Source: Chrysemys picta bellii (taxonomy: Eukaryota). Taken from it: a DNA stretch of 64,000 bases. This document shows, in pieces, positions 50,338 to 60,846 of the stretch. Each line of letters starts with the position of its first letter. Positions within the stretch are counted from its first letter, which is position 1. Under the pieces are notes generated by a model. The model saw only the letters and a program-made list of their open reading frames with translations, made no database searches and was not told where the DNA came from. The translations under genes and the position numbers were made by a program. The DNA is taken from the NCBI RefSeq assembly GCF_011386835.1, contig NC_088794.1, positions 75,516,001-75,580,000 of the forward strand. The letters are read 5' to 3'.

Positions 50338-51592
50338 CATGCTGCAAATGCACACAGGGGGCAAATTAAGGTTGCACATGCAACCTTAATTTTGGCATTT
50401 CCTAACTTTTGAGCACTTGACTTTGCAACCTTAACTTTCTTTTAACATAGTTTTTTGTGTGTGGTGTGTACACACACACACTTCTGTGTGGGCATCATTT
50501 AAGCCATTTGGTACCCTGCATTGGCCCTCTTAATGAGTTACATCCGATAAAAGCTTTTCTTTTGTATCTTTTTTTTTTTACTGGAAATGCAAAGCATTTG
50601 ATAGGAAATTGTTGTTTTAATGGGTTGTTTTGGTGTTGATTTAATTCCAGTGTGACCTTTCAGTCCGTCCTTGAGCCACTTCCACAAATTTCTGCTCTCT
50701 GCATAATTTGTTTATTTTGTTTTGTTACATTAAGCAATGTTGATATATTAAAAACTGCAATCATTAAAATGCAGCCATGAAGAGTCAAGGCTAAGAGAGT
50801 ACATTTTGAAAACACAGCTGGCCTCACTTTTGATCTGGAATATCTCTAATGGTGTCTCAGTTACACCAGAACTGACTTGGGCCCAGCCTGTTCACAAACA
50901 ATGACTGAGCTTCAGAGTGACTTGCAAAGGAAAAAGCAAAATAAATGTGTGTCCGTCTTTGTTTCTTTTTGATGCATAAAGGAGGCCTGAAATGCTGGCA
51001 TTTTCATCCCGCAAAATCTACGTTCTCTGCTTGATGCTTAACCTTTGAAGTATCAGGAATGTATAAGATTCTGTGGATGTCTCTGGTGTAGTTCTCATCC
51101 CTGATGAGTGAGATTAATTGAATCTTTAACAAGCTCATGTTTTCTTCCAAATGTTTACAAGGTTTTTGAGTTAAATGGGTGTTAACAAAAACAGAGTTTT
51201 ACAGTCTGAAAAAAAAAACTTCCTGTCTCAATAAATCCAGTTATACTTTCATTATAGTCCTATTCAGTCATTCGTTTTCCATAGAGTCTACCAAGAAAAA
51301 CAGGGGAGATAAGAGCTAAATTTCTAATATAAAAAGTATGCAGGGAAAAAAACTTTTTAAAAAAATCTATAAAATGAAACCTTTTCAGGCCTTCTTTGTA
51401 CATAGTAAAAAGAAAAGAGCATAAACCCATTTTTCCCCTTTTCAGATCACCTCTAAAAGATGTGAAACAGCAGCTTCCAGCCTAGACAAGCTCAGCACAA
51501 CTCCTACCAGATTGTCTTTGGGAAGATTCCCTTTTGGCTCATCTGGCACAACTGCTGCCTAGAGTCCACAGTAATCCTAGTCCAGGCACTGT

Positions 51593-52700
51593 TGTCACAG
51601 TTCAGGGCAACTGCACTTGTATTCCCCCTCCAGAGTTCCTTGAGGGCACCCACACTAGTCTCCTGGCTCCTCAGCCATCACCATCCTGTGAGGAAACCCA
51701 TGTCTCTCCCTATCCTGACTGAGGTTTTTCCAGGCTTACAGTTCCCTCCTGCCAACACTGTGATATTCCCAGCATACCAGACTGCCTAAACAGGCAGTGT
51801 CTGCACTTTGCTTTCTCTTCAAAGGCTACGAATAGTGTAGTTGCCCAGCATTATAAGGTACCACACAGCTCTTTCTGTGCAAGCACATTTGTTCTTAAGG
51901 TAACAGCATTACAGAGAAAACATATTAAAAACAATAAAAAGCCACATGCTAATAAAATTACAAGAGATCACATCACAACTCCAACAAAGGCTCTGGTAGG
52001 AGTCAGTCCTTCAAACCCCGCAAAGGGTTTTTTCTGTTGTCACAAGCTCATAACAGCCTCAGCTCAGAAAAAGCACACTCTTGAATTGGTTAGTCTTTCC
52101 TCTATACCAGTGGTTCTCAAAGCCAGTCCGCCACTTGTTCAGGGAAAGCCCCTAGCAGGCCAGGCCGGTTTGTTTACCTGCCGCGTCCACAGGTTCGGCC
52201 GATCATGGCTCCCACTGGCCGCGGTTCGCCGCTCCAGGCCAATGGGGGCTGCGGGAAGCGGCGCGGGCTGAGGGATGTGCTGGCTGCCCTTCCCGCAGCC
52301 CCCATTGGCCTGGAGCAGTGAACCACAGCCAGTAGGAGCCGCGATCGGCTGAACCTGCAGATACGGCTGGTAAACAAACCGGCCTGGCCCGCCAGGGGCT
52401 TTCTCTGAACAAGCGGCGGATCGGCTTTGAGAACCACTGCTCTATACAGCTTGAGCCTTTGATCCTGAGACTCTGGGAACAGGTAATCAATAGACAGTGG
52501 TTCCCTCCTCAGGGCATAGCTTCAGTGGGTTGGGTTTTTGGATAACTGGAGGTGGGGAATTTGCAGCATTCACATCTCCCTAGAGAGGCCCCAGGCAAAC
52601 CACTTGACACTGTTTGTCTTATAAGTCAATTTTTGTCTGGCCCATTGTTCAATACAGTATTTGGAAGTTCATAACACATCCCAGGGTTCACATAACATCA
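51593..52700. mobile_element. Probable solo LTR-like element hosting the 52108 MITE
   Basis: TGTCACAGTTCAGGGCAAC start and a CA-ending terminus; resembles LTR-like repeats by recall only; no TSD found. Confidence 0.4.
52108..52439. mobile_element. Foldback hAT MITE
   Basis: TIR CAGTGGTTCTCAAAGCC, long inverted arms and perfect TSD CTCTATAC (52100-52107, 52440-52447). Confidence 0.92.
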
Positions 52701-53267
52701 CTCTCCTAGAGAGATCACTGTGACCCTAGGCACCCCTCAGTGCCAACTGGCAAAGGGTTCACTGTTCTGTAACAGCAATATCTGACAGGCCTGACAAACT
52801 CACTACACCCAACACATTACTTTCAAAATATTTATCCAAATATGGTCAAGTGAGATATCTAATAAAAGTTTATGGCTTACTGATCTTCATAACCATTGTG
52901 AGATGTATGTACTGATGATATTTAGGGAGTTGTGTATATGTACTGAAAAATATGTTTTTAAAAATCATAACAAGGCAGAGTTGACAAACAGGTTTCCTGC
53001 CAGACCAGAGATGTTTACTCATCTCTCTGCCAAATGTAAATTAAGCATTGTAAGCTGACACAATGGGTGCTCATCTACATACAAAGTCAACAGAGACGTG
53101 AAGTCAACATGAAAAACAAGCAACGGGGGAGAAGAGCCTTATCTGGAGGTGCGCTTCAAAGAGTTACTGGACTATAACAGGTTTCAGAGTGGTAGCCATG
53201 TCAGTCTGAATCAGCAAAAACAACAAGGAGTCCCTGTGGCACCTTAGAGACTAACAAATTTATTTGG

Positions 53268-53309
53268 GCATAAGCTTTCGTGGGCTAAAACCCACTTCAT
53301 CAGATGCAT
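53268..53309 (-). ncRNA. Minimal type-I hammerhead ribozyme motif, intact core
   Basis: Reverse complement: AUGCAU CUGAUGA A GUGGG-UUUUAG-CCCAC GAAA GCUU AUGC. Perfect core, 5-bp stem II, palindromic AGCU stem III and 4-bp stem I. Predicted cleavage between 53272 and 53271. Confidence 0.85.
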
Positions 53310-53340
53310 AGAGTGAAAAAAAACAGTAGGCAGTATATAT

Positions 53341-53457
53341 AACTTCAAAAACAGACTTCAACGAGAAATTGCAGAACTGGAATTAATTTGCAAACTGGAC
53401 ACCATCAAATTAGGCCTGAATAAGAACTGGGAGTGGCTGGATCACTACAAAATGTAA
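53341..53457 (+). pseudogene. C-terminal remnant of a Penelope-like ORF (end of the GIY-YIG endonuclease region)
   Basis: Translates to NFKNRLQREIAELELICKLDTIKLGLNKNWEWLDHYKM*. It resembles the RxxxE..I...T...GLN tail I recall from PLE GIY-YIG domains; assignment is from recall, not a search. Confidence 0.7.
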
Positions 53458-53630
53458 TTTTCCCTTTATTGATACTCAAACCTTCTTGTTAAGTATTGAG
53501 AATAGGCCACTTCCACCTTGATTGAATTGGCCTCATTAGCACTGACCCCCTCCCCCAAACACACTTGGTAAGGCAACTCCCATCTCTTCATGTGCAGTTA
53601 TATATATACTGCCTACTGTTTTTTCTCTCC

Positions 53631-53672
53631 ATGCATCTGATGAAGTGGATTTTAGCCCACGAAATCTTATGC
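53631..53672 (+). ncRNA. Hammerhead motif, intact core but damaged stems
   Basis: AUGCAU CUGAUGA A GUGGA-UUUUAG-CCCAC GAAA UCUU AUGC. Stem II has an A.C mismatch and the stem III palindrome is broken (AUCU). Confidence 0.6.
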
Positions 53673-53881
53673 CCAAATAAATTTGTTAGTCTCTAAGGTG
53701 CTACAAGGACTCCTCATTGTTTGGACTATAACTGGGAATCAAGTAAGGCACCCTATTATCCAGTCACTGAGGAAAACCCCTGGTGGAAAGGGGTGATTCA
53801 TGAATGTTTGAAGTCATAATATCAAAAACCAGCTAGCTCTGCAAGGGACTGAGTCTGTGGGGGAAAATCTATTTTATTATA

Positions 53882-54077
53882 CAGACGCCCCCGACTTACG
53901 CAATCGTTCCGTTCTGGAAAGCCTTGCGTAACTCGAATTTTGTGTAAGTCGGAAATGTATACCCATACATTACGCGAAAATTTCCACAACTCGAAAATCC
54001 TATTGCTGACTTATGGAACATTTTCCGTAAATGTGAATTTGCATAAGTCGGTTCTTGCGTAACCCGGGGAGCATCTG
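53882..54077. mobile_element. Tigger/pogo-like MITE
   Basis: Imperfect ~22-bp TIRs (CAGACGCCCCCGACTTACGCAA versus CAGATGCTCCCCGGGTTACGCAA), TA TSD and internal repeats of the TTACG/CGTAA motif. Confidence 0.85.
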
Positions 54078-56339
54078 TATAGGAAAGGTAACCATTGATA
54101 GGTGTAGACCAGGTTTGGGTTTTGTCTTTTTGTTTTATATGTAACCATTCTGTTTTCATTATCTTTACTCACTCTTTCTTGGGGCATGGATCAGTGTTCA
54201 CGTCGCACTCCCTGTCAGTACTCGGCCTAGACCAGGAAAGTTAATGATACGACCTGCAGACCAAATTCAGTTGTGAATCCTGGTCACGTGCCACCTGAGG
54301 CATGTTGTCCACATGCTAAGAAGAACCTCAGTGCTGTGATGTTATATTGGAGCTGACCCTCAGTTGAACAAACACATTTGTGTGCACACTGTTCCTCTGG
54401 GGACAGGTTACCTGGTAATTTCAGTGAGTGTCCAGGGGTTATTATGGCTGGATATTGCAGGATGTGCTCGGGGGATGGGTGTGTGCCTATCACTAGCCTG
54501 CACAAATGGGATGAAGTCTGTGGAAACCTGACACAGTGCTTGTGTGGCCAGAGGCTGGTGGTTTCAGGGAGCTGCGCTATAGCAGGCACAGACAAGACTG
54601 CTTCCTGCTAAGGGCAAGTAGTGGTGAGGTGTCTCACAATCTTGGGTACCTCTGAGGAGCACCACAGTAGCATACAATCTTGGCCTTCAATAACACATAC
54701 CCTTTGCATTTAATACCATGGACCCCCAAAGATACTTAAACTTAATTCAGTAAGGTTCTTCAAGGACGTTGCAGGAAATTGCTGTATCTGTCACAGCTAT
54801 TCCATGAGTCTTTGCTGATTTCATCTGTTCTGGTGTCTGTCTGGCTACTGATCGTGATGACTGTGTAGCTCTGTTTTATTTGACAATCAGAAAAAAGAAA
54901 CCTTTCGATCCTCCAACAAAGAAATCCAGTGGAAGGACAAAGACTCCTATCAAATGTAATATTTCCTAGTTCCATGCAAAGTTTAGCTGTGTTGTACCAG
55001 GTGGCAAGTTCCCCCCAAATAACAAAGGCAATAGATGTCTGTATTGACACTGGGTCAGTATGTAGCCATTGTTTAGTTCAGGCTGTATTTCAGCATCAAG
55101 CTTTTCATCACTGTGACATAGAGATGGCATATATGCCCTTAGTGGACAGGATTACAGGAGCGTGAAATTTAATGTACTGGCTGTGGACATGTATCATTGC
55201 CCACTAGTGGTTGTCATACAGAAGACATAAGTCCTACTAGTAGTCCAGGCCAGAGCTGTGCAAAATGTTCCCCATCAAAAGATGAAACCACATAAAACCA
55301 ATGTCACATACTTGAAACTCAGATTGGGTTGGTCAGAAAGGATTCCCTGGTTTGCAGTGTGTTGGGCCTCTTTCTGAGGAAACTTGAGTGAATTTATGGA
55401 AACAATAAACTCTCCATTTTTTACTTTATTATTACTATTATTATTTATGAGTATTTCCACAGCAAAGAACTGCCCCCCTCGCCCTTGGCAAATGACATCC
55501 TTAATTTTATCATGCAGAAACACAAGCAGTTGGACGTGAAGACAGCATCTTGAAGAGAGAAGGCAGATTTATTGTGGCTTTTCTTGTCCTGTAGCTGCTC
55601 TGGTCAACGCTGTGTGTGCCTTTCTTTTTCTTATATTTTGTGAAGAAGATTTACAGTGTGTGTGCACTGAAACCTGAAGCGAAGTCTGCGTATTCCAGTA
55701 GCCCATTAAGTCCCTGGAGCAGCAAACATTCCAATCCAAATACCTCATGCTTGCTGCGCTTTCTAATTCCTCGCAGCCTGGGTAAAGAGTGAGGGCAACA
55801 GCACTGGAAAAAATGTCCCCATAAGATAAGAAGACCCCAGGAATGGCCCCTCAAAGGCTTAAGGAAGGCAGAAGAGAAAGAGGCATATAGTGCTATGCAT
55901 TTAAGAAGGTCCTTTTGGGTTGCTAACAAATGACCCAGATGTTAATTCTGATGGGTTTCAAGGAGTAGAATCTTGTAGAGGAGTTTGAATAAAACAGGGA
56001 AACAACCTTAGAAGCCTATTTCTTTTCTTTTTTTTCAAAGGGAGCATGAGACCGAAAAGATTACTGCACCTTCCCCATTTCTATACAGAGCTCACTAGGT
56101 AGCTGTTCAGGAAGTTCAGAAACACAGTGAGCAGCATAGTATAAGAACCTGCATGCAATACAGTAGGAAATCTGGGAGCTCCTGTCAATCTAGTCGATGT
56201 ACTTTTTAAAAGAATTTTTTGTATGAAAGTCACACTTTCAGATTTTAGCTGAAGTTGAGGTCCCATTGTGATAAGTGCTGTATATACATATTGTAAGAAA
56301 GGGTGCCTGCCCCAGATCAAGAGCTTATGATCTAAATTA

Positions 56340-56500
56340 GTTGGACAAAGGATGAGAGAAAGGAAGTATTAATATTCCCATTTTATAGATGGTGAACTGA
56401 GGTGCAGAGAGATTAAGTGACTTGCTCAAGGTCACACAGGAGGCCCGTGGCAATAGCACAAATTGAATCCAGGTCTCCTGAGTCCAAGTTCAGTGCCTAC
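56340..56500 (-). mobile_element. MIR/CORE-SINE
   Basis: CCCATTTTATAGATGGTGAACTGAGGTGCAGAGAGATTAAGTGACTTGCTCAAGGTCACACAG. Other minus copies lie near 24320-24500, 39860-40070, 48880-49330 (composite) and 61130-61250. Confidence 0.8.
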
Positions 56501-56906
56501 AAGACCAATCTTCCTCAGCTGAGCCCTATTCTCAGCTATAAAGCCTAAGATTTAGTGTTTGCCCATACCTACCTCCACACACATCTGTCCCAAACTCTTC
56601 TGCCTTGCCCACAAGGGGCAGTTCAGACCCACCAGGGAAACTGAAAGACCCAAAAGAAATTATGTTCAGAATTGCATATGTGAAGGAAGTTAGATGACAT
56701 GTATTGAGATCTCCTGTTAGCCAGGGAGCCTTGGGGTGGAAGGAAACCTGTGATATACCACTGCTAGCTAAATAGGGATGCGTCCAGAATCTCCATGAAA
56801 CTTAAGTAATTATTACCAGAGGGTTCTCAGTCAACATGTAGCCACCCACTGGAAAAAGCTCTTGCTAGCATTGGGACCTGCCTTTGGGAGGGTGGGACTC
56901 TGCCAT

Positions 56907-57779
56907 CAGGGGTGGCAAGTTGTATGGGCCCATGGTGCCCAGAATTCATGAATATTCAGGGCCTGGGGGCCCGGCTCCACCAATGTTCGGGGCTGGGTCT
57001 CTCCCCCCGCACCATCTGCCACCCCTGCGTGCCTCCAGCCCCTCCTGCTTCCCCCGGGTGATTTAAAAGGGCCCAGGGGCCCCCAGATGCCGCTCCCACC
57101 ACCAGCAGTGCAGCAGGACTGCCAACATTACAGTGCGGCCGTGGCAGCGCTGTGACATGGGCAGTGTAGTCACACTTTATCATCGGGGGAGAGCTCTCCC
57201 AGTGATAAAAAATAACCACCCCAAATGAGCGCTAAAACTTTGGTTGCTCGGGGGTGTGTTTTTTCACACCCCTGAACGACTAAAGTTTTAGTGCCGAAAG
57301 TGGCAGTGTAGACACAGCCTAAGGCAGCTTCCTTTCCGCCCGCTCCGCGCCGCTCCGGGAAGTGGCCAACATGTCCCTGCGGCCCCAGGGTGGGGGTGTT
57401 TCCACGTGCTGCCCCAGCCCCGAGCGCCGAGCTGCTGCCAGAGGGGTGTGCAGGTCACTTTCGGGAGCTGGCGCCGCCCGAGGTAAGCGCCAACCCCTTG
57501 ACCCCCTCCTGCACCCCAACCCTCTGCCCCACCCCAGATCCCGCACCCCCACCCAAACTCCCTCCCAGAGCCTGACTCCTCACCTCACCTCACCCGCACC
57601 CAAACTCCCTCCCAGAGCCTGAACCCCCTCCTGCACCCCAACCCACTGCCCCAGCCCAGAGCCCGCACCCAGCACCCAAACTCCCTCCCAGAGCCCGAAC
57701 CCCCTCCCAGAGCCCTGGGAGGGGGGGATTTGGACCCGTTCTGGGCACCACCAAAAATTATCCAAACCTGCTGCCTCTG
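56907..57779. mobile_element. GC-rich hAT element with a nested Harbinger-like MITE (~57120-57319)
   Basis: Perfect TSD TCTGCCAT (56899-56906, 57780-57787); termini CAGGGGTGGCAAG / CCTGCTGCCTCTG. The internal segment ends AGTGTAGACACAGCC|TAA. Confidence 0.85.
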
Positions 57780-57964
57780 TCTGCCATGACTCCAGAGAAC
57801 TGTGCAGCAGAGGTTTGGCAGCAGCATCTCAACCAGCCCTATCTGTGGGTTAACAAATTACAAAGATATGCTCCCTACTGTTGTATCTACAGTACATGAA
57901 TGGAAAGAAGGAAGCATGAGCAATGTCCGTGAGAGTAATTAACCATTGGAACAACTTCATACAT

Positions 57965-58730
57965 GCATAGATTCCTAGGCCAGAAGGGACCATTGTGATC
58001 ATCTGGTCTGACCTCCTGTATAACACAGGCCATAGAATTTCCCCAAAATAATTCCTACAGCATATCTTTTAGAGAAGCATCCAATACTGATTTTAAAATT
58101 GTCAGTGATGGAGATTCCACCATGACCCTGGGTAAACTGTTCCAATGGTTAATTACTCTCACAGTTAAAAATGTACAACTTATTTCCAATCTAAATTTGT
58201 CTAACTTCAAACTCCAGCCATTGAATCATGTTATACCTTTCTCTGGGTACATCTACACTACAGCAGGGAGTCGATTTAAGATACGCAAATTCAGCTACGT
58301 GAATAGCGTAGCTGAATTTGACGTATTGCAGCCGACTTACCCCGTTGTGAGGACGGCGGCAAAATCGACTTCTGCCGCTTTTTGTCGGCGGCGCTTACTA
58401 CCACCTCCGCTGGTGGAGTTAGAGCGCCGATTCGGGGATCGATTGTCGCGTCCCGATGGGACGCGATAAATCGATCCCCGAGAGGTCGATTTCTACCCGC
58501 CGATTCAGGCGGGTAGTATAGACCAGACCAGACTGGGAAGCCCTTTATTAAATATTTCCCCCCACTTTTAGACTGTAATCGAGTCACCCCTTAAACTTCT
58601 CTCTTTGTTATTATAAATAGATTAAGCTCTTTGAGTCTATCACTAAAAGTCATCTTTCTGAATCCTTTCATCATTCTCATGGCTCTTCTCTTAACCCCCT
58701 CCAATTTATCAACATCCTTCATGAATTGTG
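57965..58730 (-). mobile_element. CR1 LINE 3' portion
   Basis: CATAGATTCCTAGGCCAGAAGGGACCATTGTGATCATCTGGTCTGACCTCCTGTATAACACAGGCCATAG is the reverse complement of the CR1 3' end also seen at 20646-20720 (+). Interrupted by the MITE at 58245-58529. Confidence 0.8.
58245..58529. mobile_element. CpG-rich PIF/Harbinger-like MITE nested in a CR1
   Basis: GGGTACATCTACACTAC ... GTAGTATAGACCAGACC imperfect TIRs with internal palindromes (GCTACGTGAATAGCGTAGC; GATCGATT...AATCGATC). CR1 sequence continues on both sides. Confidence 0.75.
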
Positions 58731-58829
58731 GACTTTTTTGTCAAAAGGGATAATGTGAGAAAAGAAGTTCAGTTTCCAAATGTCACATGTCACTTTAATG
58801 GACTTCAGATGAAAGCCACCACACTAAAT

Positions 58830-58863
58830 GCTATCTATCTATCCATCTTTCTATCTATCTATC
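58830..58863. repeat. Imperfect (CTAT)n microsatellite
   Basis: Read directly from the sequence. Confidence 0.85.
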
Positions 58864-59367
58864 TTCATGCATCTGATTTATATCATTTTAATAGCTAAGT
58901 GAAAAGCTAATCCATCTCTTTGGCCCAGCACAAAAAAACCTCAATAGTTCTGTTGTATGTATGTTTCCCTCCTCTAGGCTCCAAAAGTCTGAGCTTTGAG
59001 CCTGTCTCTTTAAGCCTTGTTTGTTATGTCCCTTGTTTCCATAGCACTTGTGTTTCCATGTTGTAGGCTTCTTTTATTTTTTTCCAGACATTACCCCACC
59101 AGCACATGTTCCAGACCTGGGATTCCACCCGCTTTCAGCCAAAAGGAAACTAACTTTTTGTGGTTGTAAAAATACCAGGCCATGTAAATACCTGTGGCTG
59201 GGATCTAGTCTCTCTGGCTAGGAATAGCAGCACAGCTGAGAGCGAGCACAGGGTGAAGAAGAGAGGCCTGGAGAAGAGCCAAACAAACCTTTGTGCTTCT
59301 TTTCTCGCTAATCTGAGCCAGCCTCTCCTGTCAAGAAGAGGATGAAAAACAGGAACTGTAATTTCTC

Positions 59368-60415
59368 TGCTACAATAGCACAGCCCAAAGCTTTCCATGT
59401 ACAAAGGCTTTGTGCCTTCACCTTGCACCCATGAGAAAGGTCCACCAGAGATGGGCCATGCTGCAAAATCTGGATCCCGATACCAACTCATCCCAAAGCT
59501 GAGCAGTTCAGATCCAGGGACTTAGTCTGAGCCTGGGGCTGATCCAAAGGGACTGGCAGGCCAGGGAGAAGTCAGTAAGACTCCAAGTGATTTTAATGGG
59601 GAGCTGGATCAAGCTCTTAACCTCAGTTGTGCCTAGTCATTAGGCAGGTGGGCAGTCAGAGTAGGGGCAGAGGTGACAAAAGGAGCCATCCCCCCTATAT
59701 CCCACTCCCATAGCCTGCATAAGGGCCATGCAGGAGAACATCTGAAAGGATGGGAAGGAGGAAAGCAGAGGTAGTGTGGGGGGGTCTCCTTTAGAAAACA
59801 GGACTGGTCCAGTGTAGGAGGGGAGGCATGGTACAGCTCTGCACTGCTGCTTATGCCGGGCTGTGCACAGACAAGCCCTTAGAAAACATCTCTATGGAAA
59901 ATATGACAGCACTCTCCACAGTACTGGTCCCAGAAACTCATGCTGCACTGGCAGACACTGCACGGTTCTGGGCCTCAGGTTCCCCATCTGGAAAACAGAG
60001 GTAATGATAATTATCTATGGATGGAAAATACTATATAAGAGCTAATTAGGAATAAATACTGGCTATTTACTTACAGCATGATTAAATTGGCTTCTCACAA
60101 ACTTTGTTTTGCAGGGCTTCTGACCGACCCATTTAAACCACTGAAATTCTTTGTTAAAATTGCCCCATTTAGTGTGCTGTGCATGCTCTGCTCATCTGTT
60201 GGTTTATGCATCTCTCATCAGGACAGCTGTCTTGTGAAATACCCAGAGTGTCCTTTCACAGATGTCCTCAGAACTGAGAGAGGCATCAGTGACCCTGACC
60301 CCAACCCCCAGCCATCAGTCTCCGGTCTCCACAGATTTCCCTTTAGAGATGATGCTACAATAGCACAGCCCAAAGCTTTCCATGTACAAAGGCTTTGTGC
60401 CTTCACCTTGCACCC
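59368..60415 (+). repeat. Perfect 63-bp direct repeat pair (59368-59430, 60353-60415)
   Basis: TGCTACAATAGCACAGCCCAAAGCTTTCCATGTACAAAGGCTTTGTGCCTTCACCTTGCACCC is identical in both copies, 985 bp apart. Confidence 0.95.
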
Positions 60416-60577
60416 TGGAGATAGCAGGACATAGAGGTCTGAAAAATCCCCAACATTATGATCTAGCTAAATGAATTTAGTGCCATACACTGAAGCTCTC
60501 TGCTCATCCCCAGAATAGATATGGCACAGGCGACAGCAATATATACACTCTATCTATATCACACTTTCAGTATTCTT

Positions 60578-60846
60578 CACCTGTGAAAGGTAAGAGGGAA
60601 GTTCAGATACCACGGTCCTTTCAATCTATAACCTCTGTGAGACTGCCAAGGATAGTGGCAGACAGTGTCAGTAATATGGACCATTGTCCAGTAGGAACTG
60701 GATTGAGGTTTTTTGCTCATTTAATCTGAACCACTAAACAGTCAGCCGACAGAAACAACTTTCCCTTATTAACAACCTGGCTCGATTGTAACTGGTGACA
60801 TAGAGGTGGGAAACTCTATATCCGATTCCCCCAAACAGCCAGCCCC
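60578..60846 (-). mobile_element. LF-SINE (ancient tRNA-derived SINE)
   Basis: The reverse complement contains CACCTCTATGTCACCAGTTACAATCGAGCCAGG...AAATGAG...CTCAATCCAGTTCCTACTGGACA...GGCAGTCTCACAGAG...CTGAACTTCCCTCTTACC. This is collinear with the LF-SINE consensus as I recall it. Confidence 0.75.

Larger units (their letters stand above)
53179..53721 (+). mobile_element. 5'-truncated Penelope-like retroelement, family A, with inverted terminal arm
   Basis: 11-bp TSD TGGACTATAAC (53168-53178 and 53722-53732). Left arm (53179-53341) is inverted relative to the right arm (~53600-53721). The centre encodes an ORF end and 3' UTR. Confidence 0.85.
52768..54666. mobile_element. Probable LTR-like element interrupted by the Penelope (53179) and Tigger (53882) insertions
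   Basis: TGTAACA ... CACCACA ends; non-coding sequence continues across both TSD-bounded insertions; no TSD of its own found. Confidence 0.4.

Noticed and set aside
54760-55165. Protein-looking ORFs on both strands
   Set aside because: No known motif; stop codons in neighbouring frames; cannot be supported.
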